From: Lingula anatina
Lineage: Eukaryota > Animalia > Brachiopoda
DNA: 64,000 nucleotides
Direction: 5' to 3'
Assembly: GCA_051362555.1 (NCBI GenBank)
Contig: CM120640.1
Span: 186,001-250,000 of the forward strand
Part shown: piece after piece, positions 1 to 25,823 of the stretch
Layout of the letters: each line of letters starts with the position of its first letter
How positions within the stretch are numbered: position 1 is the stretch's first letter
The notes under the pieces: model-generated
The model's database searches: none
The model's input: the letters and a program-made list of their open reading frames with translations, nothing else
Told to the model about the DNA's origin: nothing
Position numbers and translations under genes: made by a program

Positions 1-146
1 ACAATTTGTTCACAACTTTCTCTTGGATAACTGCATACTGTATGAAAGTGAACATAGAGCCTTCGAAAGAAAGTTTAAATAAAATTTACAGTTAAATTTA
101 TAAAAAAAAGTATCTAGATAAATGAATGCTAATTCTGCCTCCTCAC

Positions 147-339
147 CTCCACCATTGGTATAACATAGATAAGGGAACCTCCAAACATTCCCCAGGCCTA
201 CGGCGTACCCCAGGCAGGACAGGATAAACTCTGCCTTGTTCCCCCAGTGACCACGTTCACTCTCTTCCTCAGCCGCCAAGGCGTCCGTGCTGGTGGCAAA
301 TTTCCCATCCGACACTGCATCACTGTACGACGGCGGGTA
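147..339 (-). CDS. SLC6 (Na+/Cl- neurotransmitter/amino-acid symporter, GlyT/PROT-like) coding exon 2; gene continues left of the window
   Basis: Translates YPPSYSDAV...[37 protein letters not shown], the SLC6 TM1 signature; acceptor ctctctttactgtag| at 340-341; donor G|GTGAG at 145-146. Confidence 0.93.
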
Positions 340-389
340 CTACAGTAAAGAGAGTTGATGTCATTAAATGACAATATTGACAGTTTACT

Positions 390-1490
390 CAGAAGATACA
401 AGTTTTACAGCATAGATATAGGAAAATTAAATGGCTTGATCGATACAGAGGGGAATTACCTAACACAGTACGATCAGTTCAGGGAAAGGTTTGGGAATAT
501 AATAAATTATGCTGTGCGCAGTGAACAAAATTTAGAAATAAATGAATATTGATAATTTACCTGAAAAAATTGAGCTCCCTATACATGTAATTCCAACCCA
601 ATTTAAATGGTTACTAAAATTTACAAAACTTGGGAAACCTTTCTACAATATTTTGAATTCAAAGGAAATAAAAAAACAAAAAAACAAATACAATGTCAAA
701 CTGGGAACTCCTTTTTAACGAACCTCTTACAGCTGAAGGGTGGAAATCTTGAATAACATTCCTTTCCAATGTACTTTAGATACTAAACCGCGCTGGTTTC
801 AATTTAGAGTGTTAAAAGACTTTTAGCTGTGAACAATTTTTTACGAAATATTGGGATAAAAGACAGAGACCTGCTCCTTCTGTAACGAACACCCTGAAAC
901 TCTTCAACACTTATTTATTGAATGCAAAGTAATTACTCCCCTATGGGGAAAAATCCAAGACTGGTTCCACTTAAAGACTGGACAAATACTACAACTAACA
1001 GCAGCTGACATAATCCTAGGGATTCCAAATGAACTGCATTGCGCTTAACAGTTTGCTGATTTTAACAAAATTCAGTATATATAAATTTAAAATGAAAAAC
1101 ATTACTTTCATAGAAAGTATTAAAATAGAATGGAGACAGGTCTACATCGCAGAAAGAAATATAAATCTAAGAAATATGACAACAGACAAATTTAATAAGA
1201 AATGGAAAAAGCTGTATCCTCTCTTCTTGGTCTAAAATTTTCTATCTGCGAATGTTTTCCTGACAGGGTTTGATAGTAAGACACTTCTTATTTTTTATCT
1301 GTATTAGATCATAAAATTTTGTATTAGTTATCAAGTGTTAACAAATATTAGCTTTTCAACATATCGTTGTTGACAGATATTGTAAATGTCTGAGTGTTGG
1401 TGTGTGAAAGAGCAGTGAGTGAGAGAGATTTTTATTTAGTTATTTATCAATTTGTATTTTTTTTTTTTTTTTTGAGATATGCAATAAAAC
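390..1490 (+). mobile_element. 5'-truncated, frameshifted L1/Tx1-clade non-LTR retrotransposon (ORF2 C-terminus) in the SLC6 intron
   Basis: Across frameshifts reads IPFQCTLDTKPRWFQFRVL..LAVNNFLRNIGIKD..CSFCNEHPETLQHLFIECKVITPLW, a CCHC zf-RVT-type knuckle; ORF remnant ends ~1235; AATAAA near 1483. Confidence 0.8.
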
Positions 1491-3674
1491 AAGTTTTAAA
1501 GCATGATTTCATCAAATCAATGAATACCCTAACCTATGCACGGGACCCAGGTAGATTTACCGGGACATCTTCTATACAACAACTCATATGTATCTATCAA
1601 TGGTTTACCGTGAAAACAGAAAAGAAGACTAATAAAACACATCATCATATTACATTTATGGACCTTACTCGGGGAGCCGTTCGTAATTATTACGTATTTT
1701 ATCACTGCTCTGTACGGCGGTTGCTTAGACGCCGAGAATAAAGAAGAAAATAAAAGGCCCATAAATAAAATGCATGCTGGCGGTGGATAAAATTTATTGC
1801 CTGATATTTACAGAAAAAAAAGATAAACCACGACGAAATAAATGTGCATACCAAAACATATGAAAAAAGTAGTAAGTGAAGACAGCACACAGAGTGGAAT
1901 ATAAATTAACCAGAGTAATACCCTCCCCCCCCTCCCATCACCATGATGTCCATTTTCCTAGTGAAAAAAAAATTATTCTCAAGATCACTAATCCCATTTA
2001 TTCGTGAGCTGTATTATATTATAGAAAATACCTTTGGTTTATCTATGCGATCACGGTATATACTGTTCTAACAGGTGGCACCTTCAAGTCCAACATCTTA
2101 TCTATGTCAGCTAGGATGCAGAGTCCACCCCTTCCCGCCCTCGCCGCCCCCTCCCCACCCCTCTATAGTTAGAAACAAAAGCTCTTCTTTGGTGGATGCA
2201 CTAGTCAGTTGATGTTTTCTTTCAGGAACAGACGCGAATGATGATCTTTTGTCAGGGACATTCACGTGTTAGCTCAAGATTTCTTCTTACACCGGTTAAT
2301 AAACTCAAGAAGTTATAATCTCTTTATAACTTTTTGATAAACTCCAGAGAAGACTCAGGAGTTCACAGAACAAAAGATGTAGAGCAAAAAGTCTGGTTTT
2401 CAGTAATTTAATAGCATATTTATATCGAAAGGCAAAGAAATCCGTTCAACCTACCATACATAACACTCGTCTCGTTTTAAGTTTATTGGCCTGCCCATGC
2501 AAATTTTAGCACACGTTCCTCCGTTAAAAAGTTCTATATAGATATTTTATTGATATGGAACTATATAGCAGTGGTAATAAAAGCTGTCTGTGTAGCTTTA
2601 ATGTCCGCGAACTGTGACAAACCCATTAACATGACACTGGTCACAATCACCACGCGGAGAGAGAGGCACTGTACCGCTAGCGTGGCCCGCTAATGAGTCA
2701 TTTTGACGACCGTGTGGAACCAGAAGATACCGTATTGTGATCGAAAATAATAATGGTATCGTTTTCTTAGCATGTCAGCTTTTGTTTAACTCGAACTCTG
2801 ATCTTACAGGTGGTAATTTAAGGTGACAGCTACTGAAGAAGAATGACAAATGTACCGCGGTGAATGATGATATTAAACCACTCGCTGTGAATGTACCACG
2901 GTGACTATTAAACCCCTAACTTTTGTCCAGAATCCACGCCTAGCTAACTTTAGTGGCCGATTCACCAAGCCACGAGTCACGGCGGTGAGGCAGCAATATT
3001 TTGGTAAAATCAACTGAAAGTGTAGACACAACGAAAGTTACTGGCACTTGATGGTTGAAAGTAAACGGAATTCACCGGCTGTTATTGTATGCTGTATTTA
3101 CTCGACATATAGACGCTGGTCTGCAGTATTTGAGAGGCCGGGAAAGCGACATTTAGGCACGCTACGAAGTCGTGATTACATAGAAAGAAAGGGGAAAAAA
3201 GGACCTGTCAATGATGCCGTCAGTGATAAATTACTTATCACATGGATACCTCTGCACTTTTGACCACCTGACCGTTTACACATATAATTATCTTCTTTTT
3301 CGCACGCTAACTTCTCATATTTTCAATTATCAGTCTTATAGATGCAAGCATGCCCAGTTTTGTTTTTAAAAGTTTCAGAGTTTATTTTCGAAATTATTCC
3401 TTTTAATTTGACACCGTTGACTCGAAGTAGTTTTAATTTTTTGGAATTTCTACATCGGTTTTCTACGTCTTGGCTTCAACGGTAATGAACACCTGTAACT
3501 TTGAATGAATTGCAAATTAAATTAAGCACTCGTCGCCCCGTTTCACGTTTATAGCTCTATAGTGTCACGCGGCAATTGAATGATCACCAGTTTTATGTAG
3601 TCCATGTTTCTCACCTTGGAGGTATTTTTATATTGAAAGGTTTCGTGAATAAAAACAAGTATAAAAGGGCTTAC

Positions 3675-3752
3675 CGTTGAAGTTGCAGTTGACGTGGTAT
3701 CTCCGTTTGCTTCTAAATCTTTTAAAGCGTACTTCCCCGACGATCCGTTCAT
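3675..3752 (-). CDS. Probable first coding exon of the SLC6 gene
   Basis: ATG at 3752, MNGSSGKYALKDLEANGDTTSTATST, phase-0 donor ACG|GTAAGC compatible with the phase-0 acceptor at 339. Confidence 0.7.
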
Positions 3753-3805
3753 GGTTTACAAATTATTACTGTCGGGCCAAGCGTGTGATTTGTTTAATAG
3801 TCTTA

Positions 3806-3806
3806 G

Positions 3807-3838
<32 letters not shown>

Positions 3839-3839
3839 G
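3806..3839. repeat. (GTT)n microsatellite in the SLC6 5' region
   Basis: Seen directly. Confidence 0.95.
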
Positions 3840-4063
3840 ATGTCAGTCCCGAGGACCAGATTGAACTGATTCCGCCGCGGTTCGTATTTATAGACTGACC
3901 CAGGTGAGCAGCGTCTCGACTGTTTATTTTCCGCTTTGTTGCCCACCGCACAATTTTGCCGAGGTATTTGAACGGCTTGTGACATCACCTAGCTCTGGAT
4001 GTGTCACACCGGAAACCCCTTTTCCTTATAAGGTAAAAGCCGGATGCTGAACAAATTCAGAAC

Positions 4064-4064
4064 A

Positions 4065-4103
<39 letters not shown>
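4064..4103. repeat. (ATT)n microsatellite
   Basis: Seen directly. Confidence 0.95.
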
Positions 4104-4746
4104 TGCTCGTTGTACCCGTACTTATGAGAGAACAAAGTGGTAAGAATACACCCTGGGGACGACTTATTTGGCCGACATATTCTAATTTGATTTATTGAAC
4201 TTCCGACAAATTAAAAAATCCTCAAATATACAGTGAATTATTTTGCTGTCCAGTGTTTGCGTGTTCTAAGAAAAGGGAAAGGCTTTTTTCCTACCGCTCA
4301 AGGAAACATTTTAAAATGGCGGGGAAACCGCAATAAAATGAATTTATTTTTTGAAATTTTTGACATAAAAATTATCAAAGAGGGGGTTGTTGCAGGCATA
4401 GGCAATCGTATCTCCTTTTTTTCTGAATTTTAGCATTAATAACAGTTGAATCTCATTAAATGACTCAGACTGCATATTTTAAACGTAGGCTATCATCCAG
4501 TAATAACCTATCTCAGGAACACATCCTTGTTAAAGGCGGACAGAGAAGGAGTGGACTGGGAGAAGTGGACTGGGCTTGGAGTAGAGAACACATGATAAAT
4601 CAGAGGTTACAATGTTTACATCATACGGGAGTTAGCAAAAAAAAGGAAGTAAAATGATTAAGTGTTTACGTCTGCAGTAAGTCCTCAGATTATAGTTCTG
4701 TGTTTATAAATCGTTTGATACCCTGTGTCGAACTAAGGACGTCTTA

Positions 4747-4890
4747 GACTGGGTTTCCATACTTAGATCGATCCATCTGGATCGACCTAACTCACTGGGG
4801 GTTCACGCTAAATTGCTGTCAGCTCAAGAGGCTTAAATGTCTGTCACGCCTACCGAATCAGCTAGGGTAAAGAAAATTACCCCCTAACCG
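4747..4890. mobile_element. Palindromic MITE family copy (truncated)
   Basis: TTA then GACTGGGTTTCCAT..tagatcgatccatctggatcg..cttaaatgtctgtcacgcct..aattaccccctaac, matching the 61763 copy. Confidence 0.75.
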
Positions 4891-6179
4891 TCTTTCGGCG
4901 CTTGAATTCGATGACCAAACGAACTGGGAACAGTACCGAATGATTGACTCTATATCACTGCATAATAATTTTCTCCATTTTTCACATTTGTAACAATTAT
5001 GTCGCATGAAATGATTGACCACCTTTATCTTTATTGTCAGGAAAAAACACCTTGAACCTAAGACCACCTTCAGTGAAAAAAGAACACAGGGTTAAAACGA
5101 GGTAGAGCGGTAGTTCTAATAGCGCGGTACCCGGTCTCTTTGCTCAACGGGTGGGGTACCTCTAGTCGTATGTTTGCTTGTCTGCGTGTGCGTGCGTGCG
5201 TTCGTGCATGCGTGTGTGTGTTATCATGTATAAAATGGGGTTGTACTTAATATCGGTAATATCGATGCAGGTAAAAAAAATCCCATCAAGTTTTCCGAAT
5301 GGGAAGAAAATTGGGAATTGTTTACGTAATTTTGACACGAAAATACAAATTTCAAATGTCCTTGCAATAATTTTCCCCTGCTGTGTCCTGTAATACCTCA
5401 AGTTCCAGAAAATAGAGAGAACGCACGTCGATCTACAATTAGCTAAGTTAAGGTGGTATACCGTTGGTTGTCTTGTAGCCCGCACTCACTGTAATGTCAA
5501 CTGATTGACCTTTTTGTTTTTATGAAATAGTGTCCCAAGAACAACGTCCACAATCAGCGTCTCCACAGATAAGTTCATCTAAAGTAAATAAAGTAAATAA
5601 AGTAAATATTGACTTGTCATTTAAATGATTTAACGTTGTATAATATGCATTCCCAGGTAAGTAATGTACTTGGGGTGCCATCGTTTTCAGGCGGTGTCCA
5701 CGTGATATCTCTCGATGTACACGTACAGATCCCTTCTTAATTCGGGTAAATTTCTAAGAAGTGTGACAGGAACAATTGTTCCATATTCTCACTCCGATAT
5801 TTTTGGTTAATCATAACCATTGCCAATCACATGATATTCTCAAACCACAGAGCGTATTCTGGGTTTTTGAAACTTTTGCAAAACTTTTGCATAACATTTT
5901 AGCGACGTCTATGTGTTCTGTGTGTAGACTTTCAACGCCAGACTTAGTCACATTCAAACCATCACCATCAAGGCATTTTTCATTGATCTTAATTTTTTAA
6001 GTGAGATTATATGAGTCTGGACTAAAATGAACCCCTTTTAGAGGCTTTTAACAGTCCAAAGTAAGACAAGCAACTCCTCCTTGATTACCCAGAGAGACTC
6101 TTCCGAGTCCCTCAAAGGCCTCCATTCCCAAGGGACTCCAGCAAGTGTCTCTTTTGGAGTGAGAGACTCAGATGAGGGT

Positions 6180-6434
6180 TTGAATTCCCAGAGCCTGTTG
6201 TACTAACATTGGATCGATTAATCTCCAAGGGGATTCTCCCTAAATTGCTATCCAGTTAAGCGGCTTAGATGTCTCGCACGCCCACTGAAGCTGTAAGGGG
6301 GGAATAAACTCTCGTTTAGCGGCTTCAGTAGGCGTGACAGACACCTAAGCCGCTTAAGCTTAAAGCAATTTAGCGAGAAACACCTTGGAGATAGATCGAT
6401 TCTGTCAGATCGATATAGACATGGGAACGCTGTC
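6180..6434. mobile_element. Palindromic MITE family copy
   Basis: Internal inverted repeats (cttagatgtc..cacgcc / ggcgtgacagacacctaag); resembles the reverse complement of the 20666 copy; followed by TTA. Confidence 0.75.
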
Positions 6435-8141
6435 TTAGGCACCACTGTTGGTGTCCTTCCATGGCCCTAGGGGAATCAGTACGAGTCCACATCTGCAGTC
6501 AATGTATCACAGTTATCAGGGTGGGTAATTATCAGTGTAAATACACGAGGCACGTACATTCATTTCAAGGACAGCCATCCCGGTCACAGTGACACTATAC
6601 AACCAGGAATTAAGCGTCCCAGTGGTCATCAACCAAAACACTAATTCGCTGGAAAACGGAGTGTAGTTTTAGAATCGGCAAAAGATCCTGTATCATCAAA
6701 ATCGGATGTTAGTTAATTTAGCCCCGGAACGTTTATCTAAGGTTGTAAATAAGGAGTTGTTTTGGCAAACGCTTACGGTATCATTTATCTCAGAAACAAA
6801 TTATCAGAAAAAATTGAGGAATTATTGGACCAAGCCTAGGTTTATCCTGCATTCAGTTCCGTGCCACGTTGAATAAAATATAAAAGTTACATTTATCATT
6901 TACCTGTTACATGTGTTATCAGACCTATAGGGAAGGCTACTTATTTGCCACGCTTTCGCAAACTTTTTAAATCTTATTCAAATTACAAAGATCAGAATTC
7001 TTTCAATTTTGTTTCAAGAATCAAGCTTAATTTATTGTTCGAAGTAACTAAAAGTTTAACCAGGAAGGGTGAAGTGCACATCCAGCAGACGATGGTTTCT
7101 TAAGAAATAAAGATTATAGTCAAGGCCACAATGTCTTAAGTTCCTGAAATGTTCAAAACAACAACTGTGATTTCAAATTAAAGGGCCGCTCTGATACGTA
7201 AAATGTTCAAAACAACAAAATATAAAATCTCGATTATGTCATCAGGAAGCATTTATTTAATACACTGTACATGTGTAATGCGAAGGTTCATGGCGCGACC
7301 TATTTCTTTTTAAACTCGGAATCAGCATGACGTAAACCAAACCGAACAACTCACAATTTAACCCAACGCATTTTTCATTGGAAACTTTTGTTTTCTCCTT
7401 AGTAAAAATACAGTCAAGGTTTTTTCTGTTATATTCACGACTGCTGGCCCAATATATGCACGGATGTTACGGAGGCTACAGTCATAGAGAAAACTAGCCC
7501 GCCAAAGCTGGAAAATGTACAGTCAATCCATTTCAATATTGAGGAAAAATTGTCAATAAATCACTTTATCTGAAAAAAATGCACTGGATACGATATATCC
7601 AATCAAGAGCAAAAATTATGAATATAATTATTTAAAAAATTATGGAATTATGGATCATGTCCATTTTTATCTTGCATTTAAAGTTGACATGTAATCCCAA
7701 CATAAAGCAATCATCATTTGGATGTTGTCTACTACAGGGAATACCAAAGCAAAGGAAAATATAAAGACTGATCAGGTCGCTACCATGACTTGCTTTGGGA
7801 GGCATGAATCATCACTATGAGCTTACAGCAAACGACAACCTTGATTCTCCAGTTGTGGCTACACATAATGAGACATACATTAGTGTTTCCTTTTTAATAT
7901 GTTAAATTACAAAAATAGCTTGTTGATAACCCTTGTAAAACCATTTGTATTTTAACTGTCAATTCTCATGCATTTAATAGCATATTTTGACTCAAACAAT
8001 TCTAACAATAATCATTATAATATCTATTTATACAACTTCATTATAAAAAAAATAATGTCAAAAATATTGGCATTTAAAGAGACATAAAAGTTCTCATGAG
8101 CACAAGATGCTGCTCACACTGCACTTAAAAGATGCCCTTAA

Positions 8142-8682
8142 TCACTGTATGTTACACCTGGATTGGCCACCTCACTGTATGTTACACCTGGATTGGCCAC
8201 CTCACTGTATGTTACACCTGGATTGGCCACCTCACTGTATGTTACACCTGGATTGGCCACCTTACTGTATGTTACACCTAGATTGGCCACCTCACTGTAA
8301 GTTACACCTGGATTGGCCACCTTACTGTATGTTACACCTGGATTGGCCACCTTACTGTATGTTACACCTGGATTGGCCACCTTACTGTATGTTACACCTA
8401 GATTGGCCACCTCACTGTAAGTTACACCTGGATTGGCCACCTTACTGTATGTTACACCTGGATTGGCCACCTTACTGTATGTTACACCTGGATTGGCCAC
8501 CTTACTGTATGTTACACCTGGATTGGCCACCTCACTGTATGTTACACCTGGATTGGCCACCTCACTGTATGTTACACCTGGATTGGCTACCTCACTGTAT
8601 GTTACACCTGGATTGGCTACCTCACTGTATGTTACACCTGGCTTGGACACCTTACTGTATGTTACACCTGGCTTGGACACCT
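8142..8682. repeat. 30-bp tandem array (~18 copies) copying the TRIM C-terminus and stop codon
   Basis: Unit gattggccacct(c/t)actgtatgttacacctg; the first unit is the last codons of the TRIM ORF. Confidence 0.95.
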
Positions 8683-10556
8683 GGGGGTGGACCTTCCTGC
8701 TCCCCAAACCATTTCTGTAAAACTGTCTGGACATCGTGTATCACTACAACTTGTGGACCACGAGGATGCTCCTGGGCCACGACTAAAGCTCCACCTGGTG
8801 TCAGAGTAACATCACGAGGCCTGTATATACCGTCAGCAATGCCTAAGAACTGTCTTGGCTGCTGAGTGTCACAGCCATCCAGGACACACAGCTGACTATT
8901 GGAGCTGTCTGTAAGGATAATCTTCTCTCCTCTATTATCCATACACAGTCCACCAAGCCTGGCGGTATGCTGCATCCAGCTGGCCAGCATAGAGAATTTC
9001 TTCACCATCTCTCCATCATGATTGCACTTGATCACACACTGGTTATTTGCATCCAATACGTACATGAACTCACCACCGACTGCGAAGTATGTAAGGTCCA
9101 AGTACTCTACAGCATCCAGTGGACATAGGGATTTAACAGCTCTACCATCTATGTCAAATATTTTCACAGTTTTGTTTTTAAATGTGACAAAAATCTGGTT
9201 TTGGTAAATGTTCAGCCCCTGTGGCTTCCCATCTAACCACCCAGTGCAGAGAGGGGTCTGAGACTGGACACTACCCCTGGGGTCATACTGGACACAGGTG
9301 CAGGATACCCTCCCAAGGCCAAGCAGACGAGATGACACTGACAGAGACACAAAGTTATCACCATGAGTACAAAGTCCTACTCTGGTGGGACAGCCGTACT
9401 GGCCAGTGAGGTGACCTTTCATGGTGAAGATGTAGACATGGTCAGAGATTGGTTGGCTGATTGCTATATGCTGGGAGGTGGCAGCTACAAGTAACCCACA
9501 ACAGTCAGTCTTACCTCCTGGTACATGAAATGTATGTTGTACTCTGCAGTCTACAGAGGTATCCTCTAACACCTCCCCCTCTCCCCCTGGCTCTCCCTCC
9601 TCCTCCTTCTCCTCCCCCTCCCCCTCCTCCTCTCTGACCTGCCCCCTTACTGATATCTGCTGTCCCAGAAGACTGTAGTCTCCCTCTACACCTCCACTGG
9701 TGTCCTGAGCCAGGAACTCCTTCAACTGCTGCTCTATACAGTCTGCTAAACTAAGACACTCGGCACTGTGGTTAGACTCCAGAGGGGACAATGCCAGGGT
9801 GACCAGGGTAGCTGCTTGGTCAATCTGGGTGTCAAGATTCTCCAGCTTAGCTGTAATGTTATCCTGGAGAGTTTTATAATGGGATCTCTTATTTTCTAGT
9901 CTCCCCTTCCTTTCTTCTACCTCAGTGATCATCAGCAGCAGTGTGTGGACCCGGGTCTCCATGGCAACCTGGAGAGGTATGACATCATCACAGTATTGGT
10001 GCTGATGCATAGTACACGTCACACAGATACAGATATGGTGGCTGCCACAGTAATACTCCACACGACTCCTAGGGTGCTGCTTACAGTAGAAGCTGTCCCC
10101 TGTCTTGCCTATCTCCTCTGTGTGGTGGTCCCTGGTCACAGACACCTGTCTGTGGAGACGATGACACCTGTCACACAGCTTCTTGTCACACTGAAAACAG
10201 TGGTGGGTGGCAGCAGAGGTACTGGCTTCACTGACAGAGGAACAAATACTGCACTCATCCAGCCATTCCTGGGACCTCCTTCTTGGTTTATTGAGTAAAT
10301 CTCTTACTTTTCCAAGAATGAAATTATCGGGCAGAGCAGCAACACCTCCACTGCCTATCTGAATATCTCGCCTGCATGTCGGGCAGGGAAACTGGCCATA
10401 AACATCCACTAACCGTGTCTGAGCGTAGTCCTCCAAGCAGCCCTGACAGAATGTATGGAGACAAGGCAGCGCTTTGGGGGACACATAGGCCTCAAAGCAG
10501 ATCTGGCAGGTCAACACATCATCCCTGGTCTCCTCTAGAACACTGGCTGTTGCCAT
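8652..10556 (-). CDS. TRIM-NHL-like E3 ubiquitin ligase (RING, two B-boxes, coiled coil, NHL/beta-propeller), single coding exon, 634 aa
   Basis: RING CQIC..LPCLHTFCQGC..CPTCR; B-box1 CSIC..CFQCDKKLCDRCH..H; B-box2 CKQH..YYC..CICVTC..H; NHL-like IILTDSSNSQL, RPRDVTL; 5'UTR acceptor near 10606. Confidence 0.9.
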   Translation of the reverse strand: MATASVLEETRDDVLTCQICFEAYVSPKALPCLHTFCQGCLEDYAQTRLVDVYGQFPCPTCRRDIQIGSGGVAALPDNFILGKVRDLLNKPRRRSQEWLDECSICSSVSEASTSAATHHCFQCDKKLCDRCHRLHRQVSVTRDHHTEEIGKTGDSFYCKQHPRSRVEYYCGSHHICICVTCTMHQHQYCDDVIPLQVAMETRVHTLLLMITEVEERKGRLENKRSHYKTLQDNITAKLENLDTQIDQAATLVTLALSPLESNHSAECLSLADCIEQQLKEFLAQDTSGGVEGDYSLLGQQISVRGQVREEEGEGEEKEEEGEPGGEGEVLEDTSVDCRVQHTFHVPGGKTDCCGLLVAATSQHIAISQPISDHVYIFTMKGHLTGQYGCPTRVGLCTHGDNFVSLSVSSRLLGLGRVSCTCVQYDPRGSVQSQTPLCTGWLDGKPQGLNIYQNQIFVTFKNKTVKIFDIDGRAVKSLCPLDAVEYLDLTYFAVGGEFMYVLDANNQCVIKCNHDGEMVKKFSMLASWMQHTARLGGLCMDNRGEKIILTDSSNSQLCVLDGCDTQQPRQFLGIADGIYRPRDVTLTPGGALVVAQEHPRGPQVVVIHDVQTVLQKWFGEQEGPPPGVQARCNIQ

Positions 10557-13483
10557 GGTATCTGCTTCTTAGTGAAGTTATCAATGTGAACCATGGTTCA
10601 CCTGCCTGAAAGATCAATAAAATTTACTAGTCAGGTGTATAGCAATGGCCACTGATATATTGACATAACAACTCCACTTTTCCATTTCTTAACTATATTT
10701 TTCCTTTTACTAGCACATACCCCCACTTACCCTCCCTTTAACTTTTCATATCTTCAAATATCACATACATACCAAAAAATATATAATAATAATAATAAAA
10801 TAAAATAAAATAAATAAAATAAAAGATAAATAAAAAAAACTTCACTGATATATAAATATAGTGGTGGTAAAGTGTTCATGTGAAAGGAGGAGTAGTTTTG
10901 AGGAAAACAACACTGTAAGTCCATTAATATGAACAATGTCTTGAATTACTGAATATAGAATAGCTACTAGAAGCTTAAAAGTACATCAAGTCTGTCTTAA
11001 AGTACATGTAAAAATATGAGGGTCCCATGGGGAGGGTTGTGATCACAGTTAATGGGAAATAAAATCATCAATTCATAAATTACAGTAATTAAAACTTGAT
11101 TCATATCTCATTAAAATGTGAGTTGAAAATCACCAAAAATAATGGCTTTGTTTCAAAGGAACAAGAATAAAAATTGGGTCCTTCATGGAGGAGTCTCATT
11201 AATAAGAACATTTCACGCATCTTGAGATATAAACAGGTAATATATATATATATATATATATACCCAATGGGACCCTCCTATATTTTATATTGTGTATACA
11301 AGTATAGTGTGTACAGCATGACATAAGGCCCAACAGAGAGAAATCTGACCTGAAGATGTCAACTTTTGAGGTTACACTAAAAATAGAAAACACTGTCTCT
11401 TTACATGTTGACATGTGGTGAAGTGACCCAGTGTAACGTCCGTAGAATGTCAATTATGTGTATAAACAGGTCACTATCGGTATATATGCCAGCTCAGGTA
11501 CCTAGCTGTAATTTAGTGACACGTACTGTGCAATGGCAGGGCAGTTCGTACACCGGTATATATATTTTGCCCGCCCTAAAACTAAGCCACTGATTTTAAA
11601 TATCTTTTCTAAATTAAAATATGTGGTGACTTTGAGCAATTTTCCTGCTTTTCAAATAAATTAATTTTGCAATTTACTTACTTATTTTTAATATGTTTAA
11701 AAACAAACAGAGCGGTGTGGGTGTCAAGCCCCCCCCCCCCCCCCTCCCCCAAAGTAGCGTTTTGATTTGTTGCATTCGCCGATGTAGAGTAACATTAAAA
11801 GCAAGGAGTGGCAAGTCAAGCCATCTAGCAGAGTGAACTGACAGCTTAAGCGTCTAATTGCTCAGATATGATCATCAAAAGATTACCGTACCACAAACTG
11901 GAGACGTTAGGACATTTGTTGACCTGCTGTATCTATCAAGACGTCGCATGACCATGTGCAAGTCCCCGGATGATAATATTTAGAACACGTCAGTCTTGTG
12001 AGAATGTGTTTGTTGAGAAAAATGTGATTGTGTCAATGCATTTCTGCTGAAGTCCGTGGCTGAAGTTAAAATAGATTAGGTTTGGATTTTATACAATCAA
12101 CGATTGATTACCATTGATAAAATATTTAAAAAGGAAATGCATAAAATTAGCATTTAACAGTAAAAATTGAGTTCGGTTACAATATATGCCTATTACCATT
12201 GCTTTAAGAGAGTAGCTAAATTTTATTTAATCTCAATTCACCTAAAAAACTTAGAATTAGAAAATGATATGGAAGTTAACTTATCAACAACAACACACAT
12301 TTTCTTTGAGTTATTACATTTTCTTTTTTCACCTTCCTGTATTCACAATAAAATAATTTACATACATTCAACTAAAGGGCAAGCTCACTATTACAGCATT
12401 TTAGCACTCATTCCTTTAAAATGAAACTGTCCTCATGTTTCATTTTAGCAATTATTGTCCATGCAACTTATCAAATTTCTGATGTGAATTTAACAAAATC
12501 TACCCTTGGTCAATTGTTCTCTCTGTATATTGCACTTACTTAAGAATGGAGAATTAACAACCGTATAAATGCACCATAAAGACAGCCCATACACTGTTTT
12601 CCTATTCAAACAAGCAACTACTGAACCTCATCTTCTGTGACTGCCTCACACTATCATTGTACCACTCACACTACACATAGTATGAACCTTGGTAAACACT
12701 TAATTCTGCAGACTTCTATACAGTCTATAACTAGGTACAGATCATATAACATAACATACACAATTACATTGGACAATATAACTCCTGTTTTCAAACCTGC
12801 ATTTGGGTCACTGCTAGATATAAAACTCTGGTCCTTTCCTATGCTGAACACATCATTTTGGGATAATATTGATATCTTAAAGCACCATACAATGAAATAA
12901 ATAGTCAGAGTTCAAATCCAAAAACTGAACAAAAATGCTTCTCTTATTTTACAGCTAGCACTTTTCAATGAAAATGACTACATGTAGTCAGGTGACAATG
13001 ACAAATGAGATATACATATATATATATATAATTTATAAATGAGCAGCACACATGTATGTTACTAGCCAGGTATGACATGACTATCTGACATAATACCAAA
13101 CATTCATATTATGACTTGACTACCTGATTCATGTGTGTGTGTATGCGCACATGCGCACGTGTGTGTGCATGCATGTGAGAGCATGGGTATTAGCATAATG
13201 AAAATTCATAAGAAGGTCCATGCGCAGCCAAGTTAGACCGTAAAACATTTCACTGCTTTAACCATTTAGAAAACATAAGAGTTCAGTACGTAGAAACAAA
13301 AAAAAAACTTTTCATATTACTGGATTTCAATTTTATCTGTTTCTGTAATGTAAGGAATAATTATTTGATGAACAATTTGATATCTTTACACCAATGATTG
13401 TATGAATGTCAACCCTGGTGTCCATCAGATATATTTGATATGTGAAATGGATGCTGTACTGCAGCAGATGATCTCCAGGGCTG

Positions 13484-25823
<12,340 letters not shown>

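Noticed and set aside
6440-7560. CpG-richer intergenic stretch, possible decayed transposon
   Set aside because: No ORF, termini or second copy visible
8107-8865. Repetitive ORFs (MLHLDWPPHC)n and (VANPGVTYSE)n
   Set aside because: By-products of the 30-bp array in non-coding frames
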